The notes under the pieces are model-generated. The model saw nothing but the letters and a program-made list of their open reading frames with translations. It was not told where the DNA came from and searched no databases. Shown here piece after piece: positions 1 to 13,908 of a DNA stretch of 64,000 bases. Made by a program: the position numbers and the translations under genes. The DNA comes from Cyanophora paradoxa CCMP329 (taxonomy: Eukaryota > Plantae > Glaucophyta), in the NCBI GenBank assembly GCA_004431415.1, contig QPMI01000578.1, forward strand, positions 40,054 to 104,053, given 5' to 3'. Position 1 is the first letter of the stretch; each line of letters opens with the position of its first letter.

Positions 1-49
1 TTTTCCCGCGCTCGAGCACTTCCCCATTCTAAATCGTGTACCGCTGCAG

Positions 50-3000
50 GATGCGTACTTCGCGGACAACACGGCCGGCGTCTACGCAGCGGCGATATAC
101 TCGGTAACCCCCAACCAAGAGGCTTTGCTTCGGCGCGCGCGACTCGAGCGTTTTCGGCGCAGGCGTCGTTCCCCGTCGTCTGCCGCCGCTGCCGCGTCTA
201 TCGCAACTACGCAGCGAGTGCGTGCAGAGGGGGGTACTGCTTCATCTTGAGGGAAGTTACAAATTAAACCCGCGGGCCGCAGGCGGGGGGGCGATATCGA
301 CGCAGGGCACTATGCCCCTCGACATCGTCGATTCCGACATGCGCGACGCGCGTACCCCCTTTCTCCAGGTGGTCCTGTACCCCCCTTACGTCTGTTTTCC
401 TCCGGATCCCGCAGAACGTCGCGAAGACGTCGGGGGGTATTGCGTTCATCTCCAGTGGTGATCCCCGCCTCCTCTCGAAAAGCCTCCCGGCCGGATTCGA
501 ACCCGCGCGCTTCCGTTTTTCCCCCAGGCGTCCTTCGGTTCACGAACTGCACGATGCGGGGCTCGCGCTCGGAGCAGGGCGGCGTCGGTACCCCCCTCGG
601 CCCCTCTTTCCTCTGCTTCGAACCCCGCTCGATCCTGAATTCACGTACCCCTCAGTTTTCCTGTACTTCGGGACCGTCTCGATCGACCGCTCCCGCCTGG
701 AGGACAACTTCGCCTCGGCCATCGGGGGCACGTACCCCATTTCATTGTCCATCCCTTCGCTTGGTTCTTCTTACCGGTACCCCTGCCTTCGTGTAGGTGC
801 GGTGTACCTGATCAACGGCGAGATGGCGGGTGCGCCGCTGGCCTCGCGCCCTTCGCCTTTTTGCTTGCCTGCCCTCCTGAGCGGCCGGCCACAGTGTCCG
901 ACTCGGCTCTGACTGGGAACGGCGCGCGGGTGCGGCATCGCTGCCCTCGCCCCACGCCGACTGTACCCCGCGGGGCCGATCACTGTACCCTTCTCCATCC
1001 TCTTGGCGCAGGGATCCGGCGGCGCGATCCACCTCACGAATCCCCTGTCCAAGCTCGCCATCACGCGCTGGTATGTATCCACTTAAGCCATCCGGACTCT
1101 CCCCCCTCCCCCCTCGACCTTTTCGCCCGCAGCCGCTTCGAGCGCAACTCGGCCGGCATCTTTAACGGCCACGGGGGTACAGCAAAGTTCCCTCCATCGA
1201 TCCCGTACCCCCGATGACCCTGAACCCCCCAGGGGCCCTCATGTTCGACTCGCCGTCGATCGAGCCGCCTCTAATCTCCGACACGTCCTTCGTCGGTGAT
1301 TGGCGTACCCCTCCTGTGCATCCCGTACCCCTCAACTTCTCTTCTCTCCCCCACCTGTCAGGAAACTCGGCTATCGAGCGCGGCGGAGCCATCTATGTCG
1401 GTCGGCCTACCCCCTTTCCGCCATCGGGCACCCCCCTCAAAGCCCTTCTGTACCCCCCGCAGGAAACACGGCCGTCGTTCGCTTCGAGCGATGCCTCTTC
1501 TCGTCGAACACGGCCCACGCGGGGGTACCCCCGGCCCCTATTAAACCCTCCCCCCCCCCCCCCGCCCCGCCCCCCTTCTCAAACGTGCCCCAGGGGGCCC
1601 TTACAGTTGACGCTCTCGGGACGGCGCGCGTATCCGAGTCTTCCTTCGAATCCAACCGGTGCCTCTCACCGCGCGTCCTGTACCCCCACCTCCTATCTAA
1701 AAATAGCGCAGGGCGGACGAGTTCGGGGGTGCACTCCTCGTCGCCGGCCTCTCGTCCCTCGTCATCTCGGCGCGTACCCCGGGGAACTCTCCGCTTCATT
1801 GCCCCGCCCCCCCCCCCCCCCCCCCACCCCACCCTCCCTCCTTTCTCTGAGGCTCTTTTCGGCAGGGGGGAACGATTGCAGGGAACCGGGCCCAATCCGG
1901 CGGGGGTATGGCCGTCATCGTTTCGGGGTCCGCCGAGGCGCGCCGTTTTCCGTACCCCTCCCGAGGCCCCCTCTGGCCCCCTCGAATTCGATGCAGGTGA
2001 CGGGTACCGCGATCCGCGCCAACGAGGCGACTGGCTCGGGCGGGGGACTCCACGCCGCTGAGAAGGTGTACCCCCCTCACTGCTTCCCCCGCCCGTACCC
2101 CCTTCGAGCCGCCCGGCAGGCCACCGCCACCTTCTCGTCGGTCGTCTTCGAGTCCAACGTCGCCGCCGGTGCCCTGTACCCCCCTTCGCTCTCCCTCGTA
2201 CCCCTCTCTTCTCAGTTCTTCTCGCTTCGAATTCGCGCAGGGGACGGGGGCGGCGCGCTGCTGGCGGCGGGGCGGCGGGTCGCCCTCGGGGGCGCCCGCT
2301 TCGTTCGCAACTCGGCCGCCGTCCGCCCCGTCCCGCCCCGCCCCGCCTCCGTCCGCCCCCCGCTGCTGCCTCAAAGACCTGCCGCATCGCCTATCCCTCC
2401 CCACCCGCCGGCCTCACGCCCTCACGCCTCGCTGCTGTCTTTGAAGACTCGCGCCTCGCCTCGCCCCTCACGCCCCGCCGGCCTCCTCCCCGCGCAGAAC
2501 GGGGGAGGCTTCGCCTACCACTCGGGGCCCGTCCTGGTGCGAGGCTCCGCGACCCTTCCCCCCCCCCCCCCCCCCCCCCTCCTTCCCCCCGTCCCGGGCC
2601 CGGTCCGGACGGCGTCGAGAGGAGCCGCCAGACAAGGTCTCCTATAGGGCGGGAAGGGGAAGGAGACGAGGGGTGCAGATCCAGGGGGACGCCGCCGCTT
2701 CTCGAACGGAGGCACGCCTAGCGCCTCCGCCTAGTGTCTCAGTGCCGGCCCGGCCTGGGGCGCCTCGTCCCGCCCCGTCTGGGCGCTTTAGGCCCGAAGC
2801 CGGCCCCCGCGAACGAAGAACGAAGCGCCGTCTGACCATCTCCGCCCTCCGCTAACCGCGGCCGCAGGCGGGGAACGGGAGCGCCTTCGAGGGGAACCGC
2901 GCGGCCTCCGCGGGGGGCGCCCTCCACGTCCGCAGGCAGGTGCGCCGTGGCCGCCCCCTCCCCCGGCCCCTTCTGCTTTCTCCTCCGAATCTAAGGCTAC

Positions 3001-6000
3001 TATTCCGCTCGCCCGCCCCGCCCCCTCCTCCTCTCCTACTGCACTCCTTCCTGCTCTTCAGCTCCCTCTCCTTTCTTTCTATAGCCACTCTTCATCTATC
3101 TCCTTTTCTTTCTCCTTTTCTTTCTCTCTATAGCTCTTTAGCTACCTCCCTCACGCCCCGGCCGCAGGCGGGGAACGCCTCCTTCTGCGACGAGCTCCGC
3201 GTCGACGGCGCCGCCTTCGTGCGCCCCCCTCTCATCTGATCCGACCCGATCCGATCCGACCCGACCCGCCCTCCCGCGCGCGCGCAGGCGGGGAACGCGG
3301 CGGGGGCCTCCGGGGGCGCGCTGTACGTCGAGGCCCCCGGCAACTGCACGGGCCGGGCCTGCCCGGGCTGCGCCTTCGAGGCGAACGCGGCGCCCCACGG
3401 GCCCGACATCGCCTCCGCCCCGGTGCGCCTCGGGCGGGCGGGCGGGCTGGGGCCCCGCCCTCCGCAGGGACCGATGGGTCGGGCCTCCGCTTCGGGCCGT
3501 GCCCGGGTCCCTTGCGGGGGCCCCATACACAGGCTCTCGATGCGGGCCCCGCCCTCCTAGGGTGCTCGAGAACGCTCGCGTGCCTAGGATCGGGCATCGG
3601 CTTTCGCCGGTGCATTCTGGTGGCCGGGCCTGGCCCGGGTCCCCTGCGGGGGCCCCGTACATAGCTGTCGGGATCGAATCTCACTTGGGACCGGCCCCCT
3701 GCTGACCCGGCCCGCCCACTGCTGACCCGCCCGCCCCCGCCCCGCCGCGCAGGTGGCGCTGGTGCCCGCGGCGGGGGAGCTCGCGGGGGCCTCCGGGGAG
3801 GTCCTGCCCCCCCTCCGCGTCGCCCTCCTCGACGCCTTCGGCCAGGCACGCGTACCCCCGCCCTGAGGGGGGTAGAGGATAGGCTAGAGCCCGCTTAGAA
3901 CGAGGGCGATTCTGCTAAGGACTGGGCGCCCCCTCTGACGGCGGGGCGGGGCGGCAGGTGGCGGCGGCGGACAACGCCTCGTACGCCACTGTCATGACCT
4001 TCGACCCCGGCGTCCAGCTCAAGGGCCCGCCCTTCTCCCGCCACCTAAGGGTCCATCCGGGCTGGACGGATAGCCTTAGCCTTAGGTGGATAGCCTCGGC
4101 TTAGATGGATAGCCTCTACTCGAAGGCTATGCTCAAGGGCCCGCCCTTCTCCCCGCTCCCGGCCCGCGCCCTCCCCCTCCTCGCTCTCTCTCCAAGGGCA
4201 CCGACCCTCCCCCCACCCCCCTCCTCGCCCCGCCCCGCCCCCTGCACCCGTCCCTCTGAGGGGCGGGCGGGCGGGCAGGGACGGCGCTGCTGCAGCTGCA
4301 GGGCGGGGCGGCCGCCTTCTCCGACCTCGTCCTCAATGCTCAGGTGGGGGCGGCGGGGCCGGGATCAGATGGAGGAAGGCGGAAGGACGCTCTAGATCTC
4401 GAACGAACGAGGCGCCGGCGCCCCCCGGGCCCCCTCCGCTCGCTAACCAACGGGACGGGCAGCCGAACGGGAGCTAGACGGTGTGGGCCTTCAGCGGGAC
4501 GGGGCCCGACGCCTTCCGCGCCACCGTCCCCGCCCTCCTCCGCCCCTGCAGGCCCGCCCTAGGCCTTCCTATCTTCCTTCTCCTCTCTTTCTCTTTCTCT
4601 TCTCTCTCTTAAGCTTTCTTATCTCTTTCTCTGTGCAGGAGGGGCGAGGTGCAGCTCCCGGGGACGTCCGTCTGCACCCTCTGCCCCCCTGTCCGCCCCG
4701 TACCCGGGCCTTCTTCCCCCCCCCCTCCCCCCCTCTTCTTTACATAAGTTTACCCTTTTCCAGGGGTCCTACAGCCTCGCGACCGCCACGCGTGACCTCA
4801 CGTGCCTCCCCTGCCCCGAGGGCTCCACCTGCCATGCGCGTACCCCCCTCCAGGCTTCTTCCCCCTCCACACCTCCCCCTAAGGGGACTTAGCGCAGGGG
4901 GACAGCCTGGCCTCCCTGCGGGGGTACTGGCAGGCGCCCTGGAACGTCACGCGCTTCATCCCCTGCGTGAATGACGCGTGCCTTCCCAACTCCACCTGCG
5001 CCCCGGGGTACGGGATTGGAACTTTCTGGTTCTTGTACCCTGATCGGCCCACCCTTCAGGTACGGCGGGAATCTCTGTACCGTTTGCCAGGCCGGGTACG
5101 GCCGAGCCAACCGCTTCGACTGCCGCCGTATCCGTCTTTGCGTTGCTCTCCCCCGCTTCTTCCTCTGACTGGCTGGGATCTCAGAGTGCCCCCCCGGGGC
5201 CCAGAACGCGGTGCTATCCCTCGCCGCCGCCCTTCTCCTCGTCCTCCTCGCAGCCCTCATGGCACGTACCCCCCCCCCCCCCCCCCCCCCCCCTTCTCGT
5301 TCTCTGATGACGCCCCCTCTTTTGCAGGTCCGCTCCACGATGAAGAACGGTGCACGCGTACCTGTACCCCTTTATTGGTCCTCGCACCCCGTACCCCTGA
5401 CGTCTCCGCCCGAACAGCGCTGGACGAGAGGAGTACAGCGTCCATCCTTATCAAGATTTTCCTCAACTACGTCCAGGCTCGCGTACCCCCTCACTTCCCC
5501 CCCCCTCATCGCCCCCTGACCTTCCCATACCCCCTCCCCTCCCCGCAGATCATGACCTTCTCCCAGGCCTTCGACCTCCCCTGGGTCCCCTCGCGCCGTA
5601 CCCCCCGGACTAACCGGCCGCCGCTGAAGGGGGTACACCCGCAGCCCAACTCGCTGAAGGACATCTTCCGGATACAGGAATACTCCACCGCGCCCCTCTC
5701 CTCCATCATATCCATCGTACCCCCCTCCCCCCCTCCCGCCTCCCCCCTCCCCCCTCCCCCCCCCCGCCCCCGCCTTCCGCCGCCTTCAGCTCTTTCTCTT
5801 TCCTTACAACTTTTCGATTCAGGACTGCATGCTCCGCCCCTCCGGAAGCAGCGTCTTCTTCACGCGCATCCTCCTCTACGTGAGTCCGTACCCCCCTTCG
5901 TGCGATCCGGTACCCCCCACGACGCCCGCGCCCCCCGCAGGCGATCATCCCCCCCATCGCCGTCGCCCTCTGCGGGGCCTTCTGGACCCTCCGGGTACGC

Positions 6001-9000
6001 TGCCGCGCCCCTTTCCTTCCCTCAAGGGGTACAGCCACCCTGAACATCGCTCGCTCAGAGCTCCATCACGCTGTACTGGAAGCGCCTCCGGCGGGCCCTG
6101 CTGCGGCCCTTCCGCATCCTCCTTCGGCGGCGCGGGGGTACGGGGGGTACGAGGAGGCGCACCTCCTCGTACCCGGGCTCGGTCGACGAGGGGGGGCCCG
6201 GGGCGGCGCCGGACCCTCTCGCCCCGGAGGCCGCGGCCCCCCAGGCCGCCGCCTTCCCCCCCCTGAAGAAGGTCCGCCCCTCTGTACCCTGTACCCCTCC
6301 CCATCCCACGCCTTCCTTCTAAGCGAACGGACGAGCCGCAGGGCGATGCGGCCGATGCGGACGAGGGGGGGAGAGAGGGGGCGACCTCGCCCTCGGCTTC
6401 GCCGGAGGAGCGGGCGCGGGCGCGCCGCGAGGCGCTGTCGGGCCTGTGGGAGAACTTCGTCACCTCGGTCCGCTGGCTTCTCGCTTCTCGCTTTAGAGCT
6501 TTCCTTGTCAGTGCTTGTTATATCCTTATTATTAGGTTCGCCTTGATTCCGCCTGGGGCCTTTCCTCATGAAGATCTGTCTAGACCCTGTTTTTAGACTC
6601 TATCTTCGTCACGCCGGTCCCCGCCGGCCGCTCATAATATCTCTAGGCCTAGACCTGTCTCGATCTGTACCCGTCCCGCGCGGCGTCCCTCGCCCACTAA
6701 AGGCTCCGGCTCCCGACACGCCCCGCTCCCTGACGCCACCCCGCCCGCCCGCCCGCCCGCCCGCCCGCCAGGTCGTGATTGCGATCTTCCTTATCCGTGC
6801 GCCGGTCCCTCCTCCCCCCCCCCCTCCCCCCCCTTCTTTGCCGACGCCCGGGGCAGACCCGACGGTCTCGCGCGAGCTCCTCGGCCTCTTCGACTGCAAG
6901 GTGCCCGGTGCAGGAACTAGGACCTTTCATAGGACCCCGAGTCTTGGAGACCTTTCAATCTCGTTCTATCTATCTATCTATCTCTTCTTCTATCTTTCGA
7001 AATGTTATTGAAGCTACTCCAATGCGATTCAAGCTCCTATTTAAGCTGCTATTTATCTTTGTTTCTGCTCGTCCTCTTCGACTGCAAGGCGACCCGAATT
7101 CGTCCCCGATCTCTTCTCCGCGTGGCTGCTCTGCGCTTCTTGCCCGCCCCCCCCCCCCCCGCACCTCTATCCATCTCTATTCCTGCCCGCCCGCCCGTCC
7201 GTGTATCTATCTATCCATCTCATCCGCCTGGCCTGGCGGGCAGGACCTGGCCGGCCGCTCCTTCCTCAAGCAGGACATGCGCGCCCCCTCCCGGCCCCTC
7301 CCGGCCCCCCCGGCCCCGCCCCTGATCTATCTCCCCTTCTTACTTTTACCCCCGTCGCCGCCCGTGCAGGAACATCGAGTGCTACACGACGGTGAGTGCT
7401 TAGACGGCGACAAGCGGCGATCCATAACTCGTAGTACTCATAACTCGAACGAGCCCGGTGGCCTTCCAGCGCCCCTCACAACGCCGCCGCAGGAGCACCT
7501 GGCGTGGGCGGTGGCGCTCGGCTTCCCCTCCGTCTCCGCCGTCTGCCTCGGCGTCCCCGTCGCCGGCCTCCTCGTGCGCCCCAAGCTAGACGCTCAGAGA
7601 AGACGCTTGAATGCTTAGAGCAGAACAGCCTTAGAGCCCACCCAATTCGTGGTCTGATCGCGACCGCGAGGGGGCAGGTGCTGGTGCAGAACCGGGGGCG
7701 GCTGGCGGACCCGCGCTTCCGCGCCATGTTCGGCTTCCTCTACCGGTACCCCCGCTTGTTTAGGGGGGGGATTAGCAATAGGGGGGGGGGGGGGGGGGTA
7801 GCGCCTCTCGGTTTTAGGCATTGTTCTCGCCCGGGGGCGCTAGGAAGAGGGGGGATAGCCCCGGAGGACGGAAGAAGAAGAGGGGGAGGAAGAAGCTTGA
7901 GCGGAGCTAGATAGAAAGGACCCGCGAAGCCCTCCCCGTTCCGCTCTCACGGTCCCCCTGAGTCTCCCCCCCCTCTCCAGGGGGTAGGGGGGCCACGCGA
8001 AGCGCTCCCGACTCCGCTCTCGCGCCCCCCTCAGTCTCTCTCTCTCCCCCCCCCTTTTCCAGGGGGTACACGCGCCGGTTCTTCTTCTGGGAGGCGATCG
8101 TCATCTTCCGCAAGCTCCTCGTTGTCTTCGTCTCCGTCTACTTCAGGCTTGCCCGTACCCCCCACCCACCCTCCAACCACGTACCCCCTGTGCTCCTCCT
8201 GTAACCCGGCTCGCTCGCGCAGCGGGCGCTCGATGACGCAGGCACTGTTGGGCCTCCTCGTCCTCCTCGTCGTCGCGCTGTCCGAAGCCCTCGCGATGCC
8301 GGTCCGGCCTCCCCCCCACCCCCACCTTACCCCCTTCCCTACGCGTCAGATCCGACCCCTGAACCTGTACATGTACGTGTACCCCCCTCCGTTCGCAGTT
8401 CGAGCGCGCCTTCCTGAACTACGTCGACGTGGCCGCCGTCTCCACCGCCGCCTTCACGGTCTACGCGTGCGCCGAAAAAACACGCTAATTTTGGAGCTCT
8501 GGGAGACCTGCGGTCTGACACCCCCCCCCCCCCCTGTCCCCTTCGTTCGCAGAGGACTCTTCTTCTACAGCACCGAGGCGCGCCGCACTTTTCTGAGCCC
8601 CTCTGGACGTCCGAGCCGGCTCTAAGCGCCGTACCCCCTCTCCCCTCCTCCCCCCCCCGCCCCCCTCGCAGGTGACGGACGGGGACAAACAGAGCCTCTC
8701 GATCTGCCTCGTCGTCCTCAACTGCGCTTTCATGTACCCCCAAAAATACCCCCCCTCTACCCCCCCCCCCCCCCGAACGGCCCCGAACTTCGTTCGCTCG
8801 CAGGGCGGCCTTCTTCGCTGTGTTCGCGTGGGAGGCGCTGGGGGCGGCCTCGCGGCTGCTGCCGAGGACCGCCGCGGGGGCCGCCGTCCGCTCCTGGTCC
8901 ATCGTGCGCCCTGTACCCCCCCCCTTCCCCCCCCACCCCCACCCCCCGCCTGGCGACCGCAGGCCTCGTACGGCGGCTTCGGGGGCGGCGGTCCGCGTGG

Positions 9001-9760
9001 CCGGTTTCCTCCCCCGGCCCCTCTCCATCGCCTCGTACCCGGTGCACATGCCCCCCCCCTCCCCCCCCACCCCAACCCACCCTCGCCTTTCAGGCTCGCT
9101 TCCGCTTACAGGGCGCGCGTTGGCGCAGGGTATGATGCGAGTGGCGCCGGCACCACTGGCGGCGCCACCGGCGCCCCCTCCGCCGCCGCTGCTCCCTTCG
9201 GCCCCTCCGCCGCCGCGTCGGGTCGGGACGGCCCGGGCTTTCCGGCGGCTTCCCCGTACCCGGGACCGGAAGCCGAGCCCCTCGCCCCGCGGGCCGGCGC
9301 CGCGCCTTGGGCCCTGCCGCCCTTGCGGGCCCCGGGGCGGCCCCCGTACCCCCGAGGACGCGGAGCTGCTGAGCGTTCCCCGACGGCGCGGCCCGTTCCT
9401 CCGCCGCCCCCGCCGCCTCCCGAAGGGTTCCTGACCGTGCCGCCCCTCACGCCGGCCCCGCCGGCCCCGCCCTGCACGTCCTCGCGTGGGCCGCCGCCTC
9501 GGCCGCCGCCGGGCGCCTGCCCGTGGGGCACGGGCGGGACCCGGACGGGCCGCCCCGTACCCCCCCGGGGGACCCCGACCCAGGGGGGGAGCGACGGCCG
9601 GGGGGGGAGGAGGGGGGGGTTGCTTGGGCCCGGCTGGCCCCGCGGGGGGAGGCGTAGCTCTAGATCTAGCAGCCGAGATCACCATGCAGCTGATGCGCAA
9701 TTGCAAGAATCGAACCGAATTCGATCGCGAATTTCGAATTTCGAATTGAGAATTGATTAA
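50..9760 (+). CDS. Large multi-exon membrane protein, 5' end outside window: GGA(I/L)x/FxxNxA beta-helix (polymorphic-membrane-protein/pectin-lyase-like) repeats, Cys-rich GCC2/GCC3-like region, multi-pass TM domain, Pro/Ala-rich tail
   Basis: Hand-spliced exons read in frame, e.g. DAYFADNTAGVYAAAIYS / SGGAISTQG / GSGGAIHL / GNSAIERGGAIYV / FEGNRAASAGGALHV; CTLCPPGSYS, GYGGNLCTVCQAGY; KIFLNYVQ..FDLPWP, HPTVSRELLGLFDC, RAMFGFLYRGY..FFWEAIVIFRKLLVVFVSVYF. About 45 short introns; probable stop at 9758-9760. Confidence 0.8.
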
Positions 9761-10863
9761 TAACGCGAGGCGCAGCACGAGTCAGTGCCCGCTGCCCCGC
9801 TGGGAGCTTGGGGTCCCATGCCAGCGGGGGGACCCCATACGACTACTCTAGATTTCCGTACAATTTACACACACGTGCACGTGCACTAAAGTGCACGCAC
9901 ACTCATTTACATGACTGGCTACGGGAAGCTGCATCTTCAGATCTTAACGAGACGGATTATGCATGCGCACACACACCAATAACTGCAAAGCACGCCACCA
10001 CGAATAACTCAATGCGAAAATCAAGCTCGAGCCCCGCGGCCGGCCGCAGGCCTCCCTACATTGCGACCCTACACTTTCTTCCGAGGCTCGAGAAAATGCG
10101 AATCCAAATTCGAACCTACACTGTGACACGACTCGGAAAACGCGGCGCGGCCGCAGGCCTAGGGCCTCCAAGATCCAGCCGCCGCGGTCCCTGGTCCTAT
10201 CGATCGTTGTCCAAGCTTATGTGCAAGGTCCGAGCGCATAGCCGCCCTAGTGCGAAAAACACGACTCCAAAGAAACGTAAAGAAAAACATACTAGCTGTG
10301 AATATCTGAATACGAGATGAGATGGAGACATGTACGAAGACCGATCCATTATAATTAGCCAAACTCTCTAAATGATAAGTTACAAGGCTTTGAAGCTTAA
10401 GCCTCCGATCCGGGAGAGGCTCAGTCGCTGGTCGTAAACGGCCCAGCTTCATTATCGCCTCTAACTCTAAGCTATAATGAATCCGAACAGCGAGCAAAAT
10501 TCTACAAGGACAGATTACTGCGAATGCAGTCCTGGATGAGAAATAGGAGAAAAATGGAGCCGACGAACCGGCTGACAGACGCCGACCGGTACCGGGGCGA
10601 CTCCGGGATTGAGCAATGTACATGAATTTGCAAGGCGTGGGAGGAGGAAATTTCTAATGTACGAGAGTTCTACACACTTTAAAGAAGAAGAAGAAGATAA
10701 AGGAGTTGATCGATTGTACAAAATGCAAAATACTATGTGTGGTGGGAAAGGTCGAACGCCCGGCCTTGGTCATGAGCTTAGGCCTTGGCCCGGCCGCGGC
10801 CCGGCGGCGGCCGCGGCCTCCAATTTGCCGTGGCGCGCGCTGTGACTTGGTGACAGCCCGGTC

Positions 10864-13800
10864 CTACATGAAGCTCGTGATGTCGACGTCGCTGTCGTCG
10901 ACGTGGACGGGCGAGGAGCGTCCGCAGACGCCGACGCCGAAGAGCGAGGGGGTACCCAGGGCCAGGGCGGGCGCGTCCAGGCCGACGTGCTCGTGCCCGT
11001 GGTCGGGCGGCGCGAGGAGGCTCTGCGCGCGCGCGCGCGCCGCGGTCCCCGTCAGATCGAATCGCATCGCGAGGGCAAGCTTACGCCGTCCGGATCGAAT
11101 TCGAGGGCGAATTCGATCCGGAAGCCATCCAGATCAAATTCGCGCACCGAGAGGAGGAGGCTCTCGGAAGAGGCGTGGTGGGAGTGGGCGGCGGCGGCGG
11201 GCGGGAGGGCCGAGGTCAGGCCGTGGGCCCAGGGCGCGCCCGGCTGCGGGGCCGCGCCGTGGGCGCCGGCGTCGAGGAACTGGGAGAGCTCCCGCGTCAC
11301 GGCGTCGCGGATCAAATCTCGGAGCAGGTCGGACTGCAGGTTCGAGGCGGGGCCGGCGCCCACGCCCGGCGCCGCGTAGCCGAGCGGCGGGGCGGGGCCG
11401 GCGCCGCGGCCGGCCGGCGGGTCCTCCGCCGCCCGCTTGCGGACGGCCTGCACGGCAGCGATGACGGGGTGCGGGGCCGGCGCCGGCGCCGGCGCGGGCG
11501 GGTTGGCACTGGATGCGGAGGAGACGGGCGGGAGGCGGCACGCGGCCGGCTCGCGGTCGAGCGGCTCGGGCTCGGGCCCGCTGGCGGGCGAGGGCGTCGA
11601 GCGGCTGCGCGGGCTGCCGCTCGCGCTGCTGCAGACGCCGCGGGGCGGGCGCGGGGCGGCGGCGGCCGGCGGCGGGCTCGTCGTGTGCGGGTTCGCGAGG
11701 CTGAAGCGGTACCCGATGACGTTATCCTGCGAGCGGTGGGAAAAGGAGCGTCGGCGGACAGAAATCGACAGATCAGAAGACTCCACGTGTGGATCGAATT
11801 TAAAAATGATTCGGGCTCCGAGGCTCGGGGGGCTTAGCCTATATTTAGTTAACGTTGACGTGGGGGCACCTGAAGGGCGGCCATGTGGGACTCGAACCAC
11901 GCGAAGCGCCCCGCGATCTGCAAGCGCGCGCTGTTAGCGCGGCAGCTCGAGCGGGAAGACTGTTCTGGGACGAGCTAGAGGGGGGAGCTGCAGCCCAAGG
12001 AGGGCGGCCCCCCGGGCCCTGATTACAAATAGTTATGATTATGATTACAATCTTCTAATAAGCAGTCGACGGCTTATAATTATTCATAAGCTTCCATAAA
12101 AGCTCGGAGCTTCCACAAATTAAGTTCGAAGAGTGTGCGCGCCTGCTCGGGGCGGAGGTTGGAGAGGGTGTGGCGCTCGACGACGGCGCGGAACCAGCGG
12201 TCGTCCTCCTCCACCTCCTTCGCCAGGCACGCCGCCTCCTCCAGCAGCACTGCGGCCAGCGCGGGGGAGGGGGAGGGGGAGCGGCCCATGGCCATGATCA
12301 GGGGGAAATTGAAGTGGAGATAACTCGCGATACGTCTGGATCAAAATCTGAATTTAGAGCATAGGCGGGGAAATTTAAATGTCGTTTAGATGTCGTTCGT
12401 AGGCTGAGTTCCTAGCCTTTAAATTCCCGTAGGCTCAGCGGCTTATATATACATCTAGGGTTCTTAAAAGCTTGAGATCTAAATGCGGGTTGGCGCACGG
12501 CGGAGGCGCCGCTTGTTGTCGAGGGCGCGCAGGTACCGCTCCTCGTTCCCCTCGTACCACTCCAGGGTCGCCTGCGCCGAAAATTTTAAAGGGCGACGTC
12601 AGCGGGATGAATGAGTGGGCTTCAAGCTGCCAATTTATAACGTTAACGCCAAGCAGTCGATTTCATGGAAGCTTAGCTTGTAACTAATCATTCAAAATTG
12701 CGACATGTGCGCGGACCTGGACCTGCTCCTTGGTGACGGGGCAGGGGCGGAAGCGCTTCCCCTTGTATAGGCGGAAAATGTCCCGCATGATACCCTCCTT
12801 CGGCTCTGCGCGCGGCGCCGGCGCCGCTTTCTCAGTCAGCTGCAGCCCCGACCCTCGCGAAACGAGAAGAGCCTCGGAGGCGACGCGGGCGAACCGACGC
12901 CCTCGCGCATTAGCTCCATCCAGTTGCTCATGACCCACATATGTATCTGGCGTGCCCGTGTAAGCTCCATGATATTTTCGCGGCTTTTCCTTCATAGATA
13001 GCGCCAGCGTACCTCGCCGTAGGCGATGGGGGGTATGACGTGGGGCAAATCCTTGATGAGCTGCGGGCGCGCGTCATAATTTCCCTACAGCGCGCGTGCA
13101 CGTTGGGCCGCTGGCGTACCTGGGTCACGGTAGTGTACGCTTGGGCCTTAGCTGCGGGACGGGCGCGCGCGCGCGAGCGGCGCCGGCGCCAGCGTCAGCG
13201 ACGCGTGCGACGGCCCGGCGGAGTCGACTGCGACGTCTGATGGGCGTGGACGGACCGTTGAGGGCGCGCTCGATGTTGGGGGCGAGGGCGTCCGGCAGGC
13301 CCCTCACCAGGTGCTCCACGGCCGTCTTCTGCGCGGCGGGCGGGCGGGTGGGCGGGCGGGCGGGCGGGCGCGTGTCAAGGCTGGCCATGGCCATGGGGGT
13401 CCTCAGAGCTCGAGCCTTTGGCGGGGCGTGGCCCGGGGCGCTCGAACCAGGGCGGAGTGCATGTCGCTGATCGACTCGGTGACGTCGAAATGGGTGCTCG
13501 CCAATTTCTTCCGCAAAACGTCCATTTCCTGCCGGCGTCGGCGTCGACGTCCCGTGTCAGGAGGGCGGCGCGGGCCAGACCGGGCTCACGGCTCACGTCT
13601 TTGAGCAGCGCATTCTCCTCCGCCAGGGCCCTCTCACACGCCTGCCGGGGGAGTCCGCGGCCGGGTTAACGATTCGGCGAGTCCCAGTGACCAATTCGAG
13701 GGACGTCGACGGCTCCAGAATAGTTAAACGCGATATATATATATTTATACTGCGGCCGTATACGTTTACAGCCCTACGTTTACGCAAGCACCTTCTTCTT

Positions 13801-13908
13801 TTCTCTGAAGCGCCTGGATGCCTCGCGGTTCCGCACTTTCTTGTCGTCGGCGCGCCCGCTGTTGGCGCTCTCGTAACCATCCATGTCCATTTCGTATCCG
13901 GGCGCCAT
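10864..13908 (-). CDS. bZIP-like transcription factor, paralogue A (multi-exon)
   Basis: Exon 1 MAPGYEMDMDG..DDKKVRNREASRRFREKKK, then ACERALAEENALLKD / EMDVLRKKLAS (basic region N-x7-R plus heptad leucines). Downstream exons are homologous to paralogue B; last exon ends DVDITSFM* at 10864. Confidence 0.7.

Noticed and set aside
4463-4480. In-frame TAG suggesting stop-codon reassignment
   Set aside because: The TAG can itself serve as the splice acceptor in the same phase, or be a base error; other genes end at TAG normally.
1214-9778. Numerous long Pro/Arg/Gly-rich ORFs on both strands
   Set aside because: Artefacts of high GC and intron read-through; the spliced plus-strand gene explains the region.
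9800-10850. ORFs in the AT-richer spacer between convergent genes
   Set aside because: No homology or splice-consistent structure seen; likely 3' UTR or intergenic.
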